A stretch of DNA of 64,000 nt, from positions 33,418,001 through 33,482,000 of the forward strand of contig OX597821.1 of NCBI GenBank assembly GCA_951406725.2. Direction: 5' to 3'. The translations under genes and the position numbers were made by a program. The stretch comes from Octopus vulgaris (taxonomy: Eukaryota). Shown in pieces: positions 53,401 to 62,223 of the stretch (positions are counted from its first letter, which is position 1; every line of letters begins with the position of its first letter). Under the pieces are notes generated by a model that did no database searches, was not told the origin of the DNA, and worked only from the letters and a program-made list of their open reading frames with translations.

Positions 53401-56400
53401 TGTGTGTCTGTCCCCTTCGATTTACATTCGTAATTACTCCCACATTTTGCGGTGCAGTTTAACCAAAAGCGGGTATCTTATAGTCATGATTCATATCGAG
53501 CCCTTCTGGGTATTAGCGCGCGTCTACGATTTTAAAAAAATTTACCATCATATTTTTCCATTTTAATGCATTTTTTTCGCTTTTATATAAGGGAAGTAAC
53601 TCTCTAAAAATATCTACGATGTGTCAACGATTTAAAAAAAATTTACCTTAATTTTTTCAATTTTTAATGCATTTTTTTTGCTATTTTTTGGCTATAACTC
53701 TCTAAAAATGCTTATATAGTTATTTCCCTTACAACCCGAGCAACGCCGGGCGATACTGCTAGTGATATATAAACATGGCTGACTCTTGATAAGCAAGTTT
53801 CACAATTGAAACAACTAATGACAAATACCAGAAAGAGAGTAAAGCCTATTTACGGCCAACCATTTCCAGTCTTCTGTATTCAACAATGTCACCAGTTCAA
53901 TAACCAGAATTACTTTAAATACATCGTTAAAGCCTTCAAGAACAATGAGATTCAAATAATAAAATGTGTTATGCCTTTTACTTCCTCTGATAAAGTTTTC
54001 TAGTCCCCATTATCTAATATTAGCACTATGACCCGGCAATGCCAGGTCATAGTGCTAGTGTATGCATATACAGCCGCATGCGTGCGCACATACACGCGAG
54101 TACTGTCCAAATCTCTGACCAATCACATACAGCTAGCTGGCATTCAATTGGCGTATCAAGTTTTGGATAGAAAATTCACAAAAAAGTCACTTCTATTGAT
54201 TTTTTAATAGCTTTGCGGGGTGACTGGGAAAATGTAAAGATGTGCACGACCACCCTTGGACGGTTTTGAATGACCATAGAAAGTGCGAGCCCTCTAACTG
54301 AAAAATTGTGGATTTGTATAAAGGACACACACGCAGACATTTTGCCGTTTATATATATACAGACTTCTAACAGGCAGAGCAACATTGATTCATGCTGATG
54401 AATAGAACTTTTCTTTGGTGGTGGTAGTTAGCTTTGACTTCAAAAAGAATCAGAATAGTCAAATAAAACACTGGTGACTACAGCATTGGTGTATAATTAG
54501 CCAATACAATTATCTCAGTGAATCACATTCGATAAATTTTTAAAAATTAATAATAGGCGTAGGAGTGGCTGTGTGGTAAGTAGCTTGCTTACGAACCACA
54601 TGGTTCTGGGTTCAGTCCCACTGCGTGGCACCTTGGGCAAGTGTCTTCTACAGTAGCCTCAGGCCGACCAAAGCCTTGTGAGTGGATTTGGTAGATGGAA
54701 ACTGAAAGAAGCCCGTCTTATATTCATATGTGTGTGTGTGTGTGTGTGTGTTTGTATGTCTGTGTTTGTCCCCCCCAACATCGCTTGACAACCGATGCTG
54801 GTGTGTTTACGTCTCCGTAACTTAGTGGTTCAGCAAAACAGACTGATAGAATAAGTACTAGGCTTCCAAAGAATAAATCCTGGGGTCGGCTTGCTCGACT
54901 AAAGGCGGTGCTCCTGCATGGCCACAATCAAATGACTGAAACAAGTAAAAGAGTGAAAGAGAATAACAAAAACAGTAACAAAACTACTTACTATTTCCAA
55001 ACCCCGCAAAACAAAGTCCATATTTGCTTGAACAAGTCAAGAGAGAATTTCTCTGTTTATGGTTATCAGCAACAGGTTTGAATAAACGGAATTTACACAG
55101 CTGTTGGAATTCAAAATCCTGTAATTAAAAAAAAATAATAAAAAAAAAAATGAAGCAAATTAAGAAAATCATAATAACAAATGTATGTAAATAATCAGAT
55201 TTGAAAATTTAACAAGACCACATGTTCATGCCAACATGAACAAAGATTTCCAAAAATATCTCAAAAGCTTGACTTGGTCTACTTAACTTACATCATCATC
55301 GTTTAACGTCCGTTTTCCATGCTAGCATGGGTTGGACGGTTCAACAGGGGTCTGGGAAGCCAGAAGGCTGCACCAGGCTCCAGTCTGATCTGGCAGTGTT
55401 TCTATAGCTGGATGCCCTTCCTAACGCCAACCACTCTGTGAGTGTAGTGGGTGCTTTTTACATGCCACCGGCATGGAGGCCAGACGAGGCTGGCATCATA
55501 AATATTAAGTTGTACGGAAAGTTATGAGTGGTTTTTAAGCTAAATCTTTTAATGCTTCATTGAATACACCATAAACATAACAGTTAAAACTTTGGCATTG
55601 CCTGAAGTGGTAGTGCATCTCTTCTTTGTTCTTGACTAAAAATAGATTTATCTTGCATTTCGGTTACCCTTTATTGACATTTAAAACAGATAACTAAAAA
55701 TTTCATAATCGTGTTGCAATGCTTTTCTTTTTCAAAACAGGAGAAAATGCTGCAAAGACGTAAAAACATTTGTGAAGTTTATGGCGGTGATGATGCAAGT
55801 GAATCAACAATTTGAAGGTGGTTTGCAAAATTTAATGCTGGAGAGTTTTGCTTGGAAGATGACAGTTGCAGTAGAAGACCTTCAAAATTGGATGAAGATG
55901 TTTTGAAGGCAAAAAATCAAAGAAAACTCAAATATCACAAGAGAACTTGCAGAGGAGTTGGAAGTTTCTAAAAGTACAGCTCATGAACACCTAGTGAAGC
56001 TAGGATACATTTCTCACTATAGTGTATGGGACCCTCACAAACTCTCAGAAAAGAATTGCTTGAGTCAGTACTCTGTGATTTGCTTTTGAAACAGAATGAA
56101 AACATGCCTTTTTTGAAACAATTTGTGACTGGAGATGAAAAATGGATTGTGTACAAAAATGTAATGCAAAAAAGATCCTGGAGTTTGCGTTAGGATCCTC
56201 CAAAACAGCAACCAAAGACAAATATCCATGCCACAATAGCTATGCTTTGTGTTTGGTGGGAATCGTAAAGGCATTATTTATTATGAGCTTCTCCCACAAA
56301 ACCAGACCATTAATTCTGATGTGTCCTGTTGTCAGCTGGCTAATTTGAAACAAAAAAAAAAAAAAAACTCAAAGAATTGTGGCCTAAGATTGCCAACAGG

Positions 56401-59400
56401 AAAGGAATAGTGTTCCGACAACAAAGTTACATGGACTTGGCTAGGATCACTTACCCTGTCCACCATCCAACTACCACTTGGTTTTGTCTCTACAGAACTC
56501 ATCGCAAGGAAAAACATTTAATGCTTTAGGAGCCAAATAGATAACTTTTTTTCTTCAAAACCAGTCAAATTTCATGTTGATGGAATAATTAAATTGCCTG
56601 ATTAGATGGGCAAAAATCATTAATCATCATCATCATCATCATCGTTTAACGTCCGCTTTCCATGCTAGCATGGGTTGGACGGAAATTATTTCATTGAATA
56701 AAATTTATTGAAAGGCCAATTATTTATATCCCTTTTTTGCATATTAAAAAGACGCTCAGAATTTTCCAGATAACTTAATAGATATTATGCAACACTAAAT
56801 TCTCTCTCTTCTAGAATAGTAACCAATTCAAACCATCACATCCATTCAGTCGGGACCCCCTTCTGTCACGACACTGACCATGGGATTGCAACTAGAAAGT
56901 TACCCTCCTAGTCTGGGCAAGGTTGTTTATGGTAGACCAGCGGTCACTCATGCATACCAGCCTCCCCTCTCCACGCCACCACCAGTGTTATCCAAGGGAA
57001 AGGCAAAGGCCGATACAGCTTGGCACCAGTGACGTCGCAACTCATTTCTACAGCTGAGTGAACCAGAGTAGTGTGAAATAAAGTGTCTTGCTCAAGAACA
57101 CAACGCGCAGCCCAGTCTGGGAATTAAACTCACAACCTCACGATTGTAAGCTTGATGCTCTAACCACTGAGCCATGCGCCTTCACACCCATTCACACTTT
57201 TGTTGAAATACACTGCTTTTGTCTCAATTAATTTTGAAAATGAAGACTAGCAAAATAGCAATCATTATTAAGTTGGTGAGCTGACAGAATTGTTAGCATG
57301 CCAGATTAAATGCTTGGCAGCATTTTGTCTGTGTTTACATTTTGAGTTTATATTCTGCCAAAACTGACTTTGTCTTTCATTCTTTCAGGTTGATAAAATA
57401 AGTACCAGTCAAGCACTGAGTTCCATGTAAACAATTAGCCCCTTCCCATCAAAATTCCAGGCCTATAACAGAAAGAATTATTAAATTTGATGTTTGAGGC
57501 ATAAACATATCTGAAATTTTAATGCAAGTTTTTAATTTAGGACCAGGAGCAGTCTCGAGTAGGTTGGTACCTTAAAGGTTAAAACAGTAGGCTCAATGAT
57601 CCCTGTTTAAAAGCCTCCTGTAGAAGACTTCCTCTTTTCCTTATGTCAAGAGAGCATCATAAACAAAACTTATTTTAGCCCACAAACAGTTGTTCACACT
57701 TTCTTCTTATAAACAGTTTTTGATCAGTGCGTACCAGCTTATTGAATCGCTGGGAAAATAGAAGCACAGTTCTCTAGCTAAACTTGTATGTTGGGTTATG
57801 AGGACAGCTGCATAAAGGAGTGCCAATCTCTAATTGCAGAGGGAACCTGTTGAAGGAGTAAACCCTGGAAGACATGGGATGAAGTGGTGAGAAAGGATCT
57901 TGAGATGCTGGGCCTCACTGAAGAGATGGCAAGGGACTAAAGCTTCTGGTGATTTGCTCTATTTAAGACACATCAAGCTAAGTAAAATCATGGCCATCCA
58001 TACATATAGGCAGGTCCTTTATGGCCATGACTTAACTCTCTCTCCCAGCCAAGAGGTTTTTGTGTTGCAGGTGCCAGTGGCATGTAAAATGCACCTGAGC
58101 CAGTGGCAAGTAAAAGTACCCAGCACACACTGTCTAGTGGTTGGCTTTAGGAAGGGCATACAGCCATAGAAACCAAGCCAAAACAGACAATTGGGACCTG
58201 GACAACTCTCCTGTTGGCCAGCTCCTCTCAAGCCATCCAACCCATGCCAGTATGGAAAATATGTTAAACAATGTTGACTAGAGACCGAGACCTATGGAAG
58301 TATGCTGTGTGTGAGAAGACCTGGCAATACAAGTGAGACCATAACCCATGGCCTCTACCTGGGATGTAGCCAGTCCACTTATGCATACCTTTCCTTCTTG
58401 GGACACAAAACTCTACTTGTGTAGACCTGTTGAGGCAATTGAGAATCAGAATCAAAATTGAAAAACATCAACGGAAATTGTCGCTGTGATACCAGTGCCG
58501 GTGGCACATAAAAAGCACCATCCGATCGTGGCCATTACCAGCCTCACCTGGCCCCCGTGCCGGTGGCACGTAAAAAGCACCATCCGATCATGTCCGTTTG
58601 CCAGCCCCTTCTGGCACCTATGCCGGTGGCACGTAAAAAGCACCCACTACACTCACGGAGTGGTTGGCATTAGGAAGGGCATCCAGCCATAGAAACATTG
58701 CCAGATCAGACTGGGCCTGGTGCAGCCTTCTGGCTTCCCAGACCTCAGTTGAACTGTCCGACCCATGCTAGCATGGAAAGCGGACGCTAAATGATGACGA
58801 TGATGAATGATGATGATGAGAATCCATTCTGTTCAACATACCTTTCTTGTTTAACCCCAGTAGATGAGATCTATGAACAAAAGCTCTTGAGCCATAACCA
58901 TCCCATCTTTATTTTTTAGTATTATGTATCTAATAGAGTATTAGACTTAGATGACAAATTTTTTTTAGGCTGTAGGGTGTAATTCCCTTGCTATTATATA
59001 AGAGTTATTGCTGGTTTGTTTCAAAGCAGTTGGGTGGTGTATATCTGAAGTAAGTTGGTTTACATTTTCTGAATTATAATGTTTAAGCATCAACTTTTGT
59101 GAGTAAGCAAGCCCGGCCAGTGAAGAAGCTTCTACAAAGCTGGTCACCTTGGTGGAAATAACAGCCAAGTCTCCCTGAAATCAAACTCTTCTTTATTAAA
59201 GAAAGACACAAATGTGCAACATGCCTTCAAAACTTCATTTGCAGTTATATATACAATATAATACACATAAATATATATATATTTTTTTCTAGTTTCAGCT
59301 CAGAGCTGCAGCCATGCTGATGCACCGCCGTTTTGTGCTACGTGTGTATCATGAGTTGAAGATGGGGAGGATGACTCCCCTTCACAAATACTGAGAGGAC

Positions 59401-59557
59401 ACAGAGAGTGTGTCTATAGCCAGCTGGAGGAGAAATCTTCCTGGAGCTACAAACTACAGTAGCATCCACCCTTATGGGTTAGCCATATTCAAATGGCAAA
59501 TATGCGTCACGATCTGTTACCACTACTGTTTATAACTCGCTCTGAGATATATCATTG

Positions 59558-59591
<34 letters not shown>

Positions 59592-61587
59592 TTTTCTAGT
59601 CCCCATTATTTAATTTGTAAATATTTACTTGATTCTGGTTTCAAAACTCATAACACAGAAAAACTTAACTCGCACATGATAAATGACTAAGCAGCCATGC
59701 ACAAAATATTACACAAAATTAACTTTCTTTTACTGTTTACTATCCTTTTCTCAAGTAACATGCACGGATGGCGCAGGAGTGGCTGTGTGGTAAGTAGCTT
59801 GTTTACCAGCCACATGGTTCCGGGTTCAGTCCTACTGCGTGGCACCTTGGGCAAGTGTCTTCTACTATAGCCTCGGGCCGACCAAAGCCTTGTGAGTGGA
59901 TTTGGTAGACGGAAACTGAAAGAAGCCCGTCGTATATATGTATATATATATATATATATGCGTGTGTGTGTTTCTGTGTCTGTGTTTGTCCCCCTAGCAT
60001 TGTTTGACAACCAATGCTGGTGTGTTTAAGTCCCCGTTACTTAGCGGTTCGGCAAAAGAGGCCGATAGAATAAGTACTGGGCTTACAAAAGAATAAGTCC
60101 CGGGGTTGAGTTGCGCGATTAAAGGCGGTGCTCCAGCATGGCCGCAGTCAAATGGCTGAAAAGAGTAAAAGAGTATGAAACGTTTACAAATACAAAATAG
60201 TTATGATCACCTTCGTGCAGCAAACCTTGCTCTCACTTTTTTTTTTACCAACTGTGTAAGATATATATGAAACAAAATCTTTGATAACAGCAATAATCAA
60301 CAATTTAAAAAATGCACTAAGATGGCTAAAGTTTGACACCTGTTGTAATGGGAATTGTTAAAACAATTAACTTCGACAATTTTGCGCCTGTTATTATACC
60401 CGTCCACCACAGCAGAATTTGATACTGGTGCAAAAAAAAAAAAAAAAACGAAAAAAAAATCTACTGGTGCTCGTGTCGCGTTAAAAGCACTGGTGCTTGG
60501 TCCCACATAAAAAGCATTCAGTACACTTAGGAAAGTGGGTGGCATCAGGAAAGGCACCCAGCCGTAGAAACTATGCCGGAACAGATAATGGAGCCTGATG
60601 TAGTCCCCGGCTTCATCAACTCTGGTCAAATAGCCCAACCGATGCCAGCACGGAAAACGGACCTTAAATGATGATGGTGATATTCTACTTATCTGAACCT
60701 CACTGTTGCTTTATTGTGTCCCAATTATATGGCGCTCAGGACAAGTGTCTTCTATGACAACCCTGGGCCGACCAATATAAACGAATATATCCAACTCTAC
60801 GTAAGTTTTTAAAACGGCAGTATATAATTTTAAGATTTTGTCACTATTTTTAGCAAGCTGCATGGTCGCATAACATCAACTCACGAAAAGATATTTTTGC
60901 AAAGGTGGGGGCTCCAATCACCAGGTTGAACGCATAGGAACAGTTACATTGAGCTTAAATAAAATATAAGGGAGTACGATCGGACAAACAGGGGGTTTAA
61001 TTAAGTGTAGAGAAAGAGTAAGAACAAACTAAATAAACGGTAAAACAAGGGTTGTTTAGCCCTGCTTCAGTACACTTGTAAGGAAACTAGTTTTAACATT
61101 GGCCATCCGGTCCTTTTGCATATCTAGGACCATATTTTTCTAACGTGTCCTTGGTTTTTAGTGTGATAAGGGAAGAAGTGAAGAAACTTAGTTGATATTT
61201 CTAGCAAGTCGAGCGAAGAGCATGTGTAAAGGTTTCCTCTCGGATAAAAACGAAAATATTCAAATTTGAATCTCACACGAAATGAAAGCACGCTTTTCTC
61301 AACCACGTATTCCTATTAAATAGAACCAATTATTGTTTCATATTTTCCAAACATAAAACGGTTTTATTTTCTTCTTCTTTTATTTGTTTAAAACATTAAA
61401 ATACTCGTCAAACGTTTTAAGATAAACAAGACTTGCATCATTTCGTGGAATTAGGGGTCAGTCCTCGTTATTCCTTGCAAATTCCAGTTCTATCACTGTC
61501 TGGCATATATTACTTTCATTTAGCTAGAAGCAGTAATTATACGTGTATGCACTGACTTACCTTGATATCTCGTTTAACTCCAAACAT
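573..61587 (-). CDS. NUP214: Nucleoporin NUP214/CAN orthologue, 22 coding exons in window, 3' part outside window
   Basis: Spliced translation (MFGVKRDIK|DFEFQQLCKFRLF..SLLTCSSKYGLCFAG, CWSPKGKQL, LEDSARAEVP, LMLSTDGVL, INHFQQEMNELK) matches remembered vertebrate NUP214 motifs. All introns are GT-AG with consistent phases. Confidence 0.95.
894..2136 (+). mobile_element. Internally deleted mariner element with imperfect TIRs and TA ends, interrupted by an insertion at about 1318-1704
   Basis: tacaaggtggtgccaaagaggtctcggaactagtt / aactagtctgggaacttcttgttaccaacttgta; remnants WILHDDNAP, LPKMKMQLNGRCF, CIAAQEDYFEGD. Confidence 0.8.
1318..1704 (-). mobile_element. tRNA-headed short element with Penelope-type hammerhead tail plus an inverted tail copy
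   Basis: A/B boxes (tggcgtagtgg, gttcgattcc) on minus at 1499-1570; inverted arms about 1358-1460 and 1577-1680, each with a degenerate hammerhead core. Confidence 0.7.
2250..2479. mobile_element. TTAA-flanked piggyBac-like MITE (related copies about 3304-3532, 8905-9101, 10710-11246, 14447-14621, 42375-42592; a second type at 38220-38448)
   Basis: ttaaccctttag...taaagggttaa termini; shared internal sequence across copies. Confidence 0.7.
3607..3682 (-). CDS. NUP214: NUP214 exon 21
   Basis: ARSISTSTPLKPDTKTGLFPSIQIS; cag/gtaagc, phase 0 to 1. Confidence 0.78.
3952..5343 (+). CDS. RTE LINE reverse transcriptase (partial ORF) with embedded PHD-type zinc finger
   Basis: QFGF, FVDMEKAFDRV, GVHQGSVLSPLLF, YADD, FRYLG, RWYGHVMR, RGRPRKTW. 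Confidence 0.92.
   Translation: MKVTERVIAQLIRERVSLDQMQFGFVPGKSTTDAIFMVRQLQEKYLAKDKPLYLAFVDMEKAFDRVPRSLIWWSMRKLGIDEWLVKAVQAMYRDAASKVRVGTEYSEEFRVEVGVHQGSVLSPLLFIIVLQAITEEFKTGCPWELLYADDLALIAESLSELEKFQVWKQGLESKGLRINLAKTKVLISRKVDQSQTPSGRWPCSICRKGVGRNSIRCTKCKLWTHKRCSNVKGRLTRKMVFVCGRCSGTINTENALRPTSVTFQGEKLEVVDSFRYLGDQVSSGGGCAESITARVRIAWAKFRELLPLLVTKGLSLKVKGRLYDTCVRTAMLHGSETWAVTAEDLRKLARNEASMLRWMCNVSVHNRQSVSTLREKLNLRSISCCVQERRMRWYGHVMRMAEDSCVRKCHTLAVEGTCGRGRPRKTWVEAVKHDLRTLGLTKEMTSDRDLWRYAVREKTRQDQ
5390..6535 (+). repeat. Tandem array, about 18.5 units of 61-62 bp, in the RTE 3'UTR
   Basis: aaaagcacc-type core at 5414, 5476, 5537, 5599 ... 6462, 6524 (19 occurrences). Confidence 0.95.
6707..8560 (-). 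mobile_element. Tigger/pogo-like transposon fossil, interrupted by an RTE-tail fragment (about 7005-7184)
   Basis: Frameshifted ORFs: MPGYKPMKDRLTLVLC, LPLKAFLILHNAPAHP, MDQQVISNFKKLY, GRKKQTSVDVF. Confidence 0.85.
8653..8789 (-). CDS. NUP214: NUP214 exon 20
   Basis: DTSITLPTQ..QGFGLKP..ISLIGQ; cag/gtacaa, phase 1 to 0. Confidence 0.8.
11585..11745 (-). CDS. NUP214: NUP214 exon 19
   Basis: LSSLADTLL..ISPLKQSQLREHLSKR..VKS; cag/gtaagt. Confidence 0.9.
11815..12145 (+). mobile_element. RTE 3' fragment including ORF end (related pieces at about 2975-3305, 10165-10690(-), 10790-11070(-), 33320-33518, 39612-39871, 40215-40637, 41135-41408, 46500-46905, 55292-55497(-), 57830-58265, 58276-58810)
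   Basis: Shared tail ggagtggttggc(g/a)ttaggaagggcatccagc..aacccatgc(t/c)agcatggaa..(gat)n. Confidence 0.85.
12808..13140 (-). mobile_element. tRNA-derived SINE family C (copies about 14755-15087, 19272-19615, 56855-57185; partial at 33600-33915 and 63130-63310)
   Basis: Repeated sequence with A/B-box-like head on minus (tggctcagtggttagag..gagttcaattc). Confidence 0.75.
14148..14372 (-). CDS. NUP214: NUP214 exon 18
   Basis: ..NTIYQVIRKNHNIINEQKKVI..LHLY; tag/gtaagt. Confidence 0.88.
16332..16597 (-). CDS. NUP214: NUP214 exon 17 (coiled coil)
   Basis: ..MLRLQPLDP..LTDINTVLDEQWE; aag/gtaaaa. Confidence 0.9.
17928..18077 (-). CDS. NUP214: NUP214 exon 16 (coiled coil)
   Basis: INHFQQEMNELKVRSKTCFSTVGTEDEKRFLK, similar to vertebrate IAHFQKELEELK; tag/gtcagt. 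Confidence 0.93.
19979..20106 (-). CDS. NUP214: NUP214 exon 15
   Basis: GAQKPVKR..LESTFTKNILEE; tag/gtgaat. Confidence 0.88.
22890..23216 (-). CDS. NUP214: NUP214 exon 14
   Basis: KPIPFGA..KPSIFGA..GFSFGAK; tag/gttggt. Confidence 0.88.
25435..25866 (-). CDS. NUP214: NUP214 exon 13
   Basis: S/T/Q/P-rich with VFG, QFG, LFSF, TFG, FSFS motifs; tag/gtaagt. Confidence 0.9.
26455..28451 (-). mobile_element. ORF1-only non-LTR retroelement (HAL1/Tx1-like), about 2 kb, 17-bp TSD
   Basis: TSD tggttagcaa(g/c)ctactt at 26438-26454 and 28452-28468; AATAAA at the 3' junction; gag-like ORF; no RT or endonuclease. Confidence 0.8.
26727..27909 (-). CDS. Gag-like ORF1 (RRM-like region plus CCHC zinc knuckle), one frameshift in a G8 run
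   Basis: ORFs 27322-27909 and 26727-27374 join as MLEGRPP|KCHLCLETGHIKKNCP if one base is removed at 27357-27364. Confidence 0.75.
30092..30170 (-). CDS. NUP214: NUP214 exon 12
   Basis: PAAPVSSGPSALDQVQPAKPSLFGTP; cag/gtaagt. Confidence 0.87.
30334..30652. mobile_element. hAT-like MITE
   Basis: TIR cagtggttcccaacc / ggttgagaaccactg; 8-bp TSD ctttggat/ctttagat. Confidence 0.85.
30690..30786 (-). pseudogene. Decayed duplicate of NUP214 exon 7 with its acceptor
   Basis: Aligns by eye to about 39480-39584 (gttctaaatt..aaactaggatctcc..ctttctgaaag.gagaaaaagaatat); frameshift and stop. Confidence 0.8.
30807..31215 (+). mobile_element. Non-autonomous Helitron-like element
   Basis: Near-identical to 43248-43645; 3' cccgagcaacgcc..gcgatactgCTAG-T. 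Confidence 0.65.
34009..34163 (-). CDS. NUP214: NUP214 exon 11
   Basis: Pro/Ala-rich linker ..ETSFKFGLFDQK; cag/gtaaga, phases fit. Confidence 0.88.
34987..35139 (-). CDS. NUP214: NUP214 exon 10 (end of beta-propeller)
   Basis: PFPVMLMLSTDGVLVPFFMV; cag/gtaaga. Confidence 0.93.
36370..36496 (-). CDS. NUP214: NUP214 exon 9
   Basis: KSWDHCMLEDSARAEVPLT..FPVGLAIDYSNQ; tag/gtaagt. Confidence 0.93.
37121..37190 (-). CDS. NUP214: NUP214 exon 8
   Basis: WDMVVLASSNSLEAAIIARNLDTE; tag/gtaagt. Confidence 0.92.
37743..37975 (+). mobile_element. SINE family A with Nin-like core (copies about 15205-15422(-), 21435-21663(-), 24266-24495(+), 35232-35457(-), 43968-44200(-), 49222-49437(-), 50828-51230(-, partial dimer), 62326-62545(+))
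   Basis: ggcgagctggcagaa..gagttcaaattc..gcctttcatcctttcggggtcgataaa..gtaccag repeated in both orientations. Confidence 0.85.
39468..39562 (-). CDS. NUP214: NUP214 exon 7
   Basis: KAGDPSFINFRDPCFGAGDRDNKYNLELLIG; cag/gtaagt. Confidence 0.92.
40638..40865. mobile_element. Tc1/mariner-type MITE
   Basis: TA-cagggt..aaattatcgtc / ggcaacaattta..accctg-TA. Confidence 0.6.
41474..41568 (-). CDS. NUP214: NUP214 exon 6
   Basis: VFDVVWVATYMFIAAY..; cag/gtaagt. Confidence 0.92.
41674..42057. repeat. About 380-bp imperfect palindrome (foldback)
   Basis: Arms are reverse complements around a short loop at about 41860. Confidence 0.9.
43248..43645 (+). mobile_element. Non-autonomous Helitron-like element
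   Basis: A|TC..CTAG|T termini, subterminal GC hairpin, no TSD. Confidence 0.7.
45120..45251 (-). CDS. NUP214: NUP214 exon 5
   Basis: CWSPKGKQLVVGTKTGELKQF; tag/gtttgt. Confidence 0.93.
47936..48116 (-). CDS. NUP214: NUP214 exon 4
   Basis: GDIGPF..VKDLAWNPKMPELLAVCCSNG..; cag/gtaagt. Confidence 0.92.
48742..49025 (+). mobile_element. tRNA-derived SINE (fourth family)
   Basis: tggcctagtggttagagc A box, ggttcaaatc B box, (aac)n tail. Confidence 0.65.
49709..50000 (+). mobile_element. CR1/L2-type LINE 3' end
   Basis: Remnant RGHSKKL..RRRGAFS..WNKLPDEIV..FKVSLD; AATAAA plus (TTGAA)n tail. Confidence 0.8.
50061..50284 (-). CDS. NUP214: NUP214 exon 3
   Basis: LLGFKSSDLL..NVAISCDDLVLAV..FFETKAFLNP; tag/gtaagt. 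Confidence 0.92.
52176..52345. repeat. About 170-bp imperfect palindrome
   Basis: ttctgttgtgtctggggagagtcat..aaatttccactt / aagtggaaattt..atgactctccccagacacaacagaa. Confidence 0.88.
52602..53762 (+). mobile_element. Composite Helitron-like element (second TC start at about 53381)
   Basis: A|TC start; 3' hairpin cccgagcaacgccggg then gatactgCTAG|T, the same terminus as 31215 and 43645. Confidence 0.6.
54020..54363 (-). mobile_element. Helitron-like element, opposite orientation
   Basis: Terminal hairpin tagcactatgacc..ggtcatagtgcta; minus-strand 5' tctgtatatatataaa. Confidence 0.5.
54992..55118 (-). CDS. NUP214: NUP214 exon 2
   Basis: DFEFQQLCKFRLFKPVADNHKQRNSLLTCSSKYGLCFAGFGN; cag/gtaagt. 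Confidence 0.93.
55503..56780 (+). mobile_element. Full-length degenerate mariner element
   Basis: TIRs tattaagttgtacggaaagttatgag / ctcagaattttccagataacttaata; remnants VTGDEKWIVYKN, MLCVWW, YYELL. Confidence 0.88.
59769..60174 (+). mobile_element. tRNA-derived SINE family B with internal (TA)/(TG) microsatellite (copies about 2516-2950(-), 13740-14103(-), 20480-20770(+), 23560-23970(-), 26110-26454 plus 28452-28487(-), 31915-32290(-), 36640-36905(-), 44673-45027(+), 54554-54962(+))
   Basis: ggcgcaggagtggctgtgtggtaag..gggttcagtcc..accttgggcaagtgtc..gactgaaacaagtaaaagag. Confidence 0.87.
61561..61587 (-). CDS. NUP214: NUP214 coding exon 1 (MFGVKRDIK)
   Basis: ATG, 9 codons, GTAAGT donor, phase 0; parallels vertebrate ..EREMK|DFQF. 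Confidence 0.85.
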
Positions 61588-61599
61588 CGTCAACTTTAG

Positions 61600-61800
61600 A
61601 TGGAAAATTTATTTACAACCCAAAACGACGCATTTGTGTCTGAATTTCAAGTTGTTCGCCTTTTGTACTGTGACTATAACGCATGCGTTGAACCGGTGTT
61701 ACAGTACTTTCCGTCTCTTATTTATCAGAAGAACACTGACTGGCCGCCCTCTCGGCACGAAATAGCAAAAGCACCCAAATCTTTCTCAAATTATACTGTA
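61600..61800 (-). promoter_or_regulatory. Probable NUP214 5'UTR/core promoter
   Basis: Unique, relatively CpG-rich sequence directly upstream of the ATG; TSS not determinable. Confidence 0.4.
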
Positions 61801-61803
61801 TTG

Positions 61804-61992
61804 CAGTGGTTTTCAACCAGGGTTCCGCCAGTACAGTTCAGGTGTTCCGCAAGAAGTTACAAAACTGCTAAAATTGGCAGTAATTTTTAAGTCTCCTGTG
61901 CAGAAGACTATTAAATTATTGCACAGGGGTTCCTCGAGCCAGTGGAATGTTTCCTTGGGGTTTCGCTCCAGCAAAAAGTTTGAAAAGCACTG
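61804..61992. mobile_element. hAT-like MITE upstream of NUP214
   Basis: TIR cagtggttttcaa / ttgaaaagcactg; perfect 8-bp TSD ctgtattg. Confidence 0.88.
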
Positions 61993-62060
61993 CTGTATTG
62001 TATTAAAAACGGACGCATTAGATGATGTAAACCTGTAAGAAATAAAAAAAATAGGCGTAA

Positions 62061-62223
62061 CTTCGGTATAAGTGCCGGATACATTTCAAGAAAGTGTTGT
62101 TTTTTTTTATATATATTGGGGTTAGGGTTAGGGATAGGGTTTGTGTTAGGGTTAGAGTGGGAGAAAAGAGTTTCTGTTATCTTCGGAAATGTAAACAAAG
62201 TCACGTGTGTACTTATACCGAAG
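62061..62223. mobile_element. Small TIR element containing TTAGGG-like repeats
   Basis: cttcggtataagt / acttataccgaag inverted ends; internal gggttagggttagggataggg. Confidence 0.6.
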
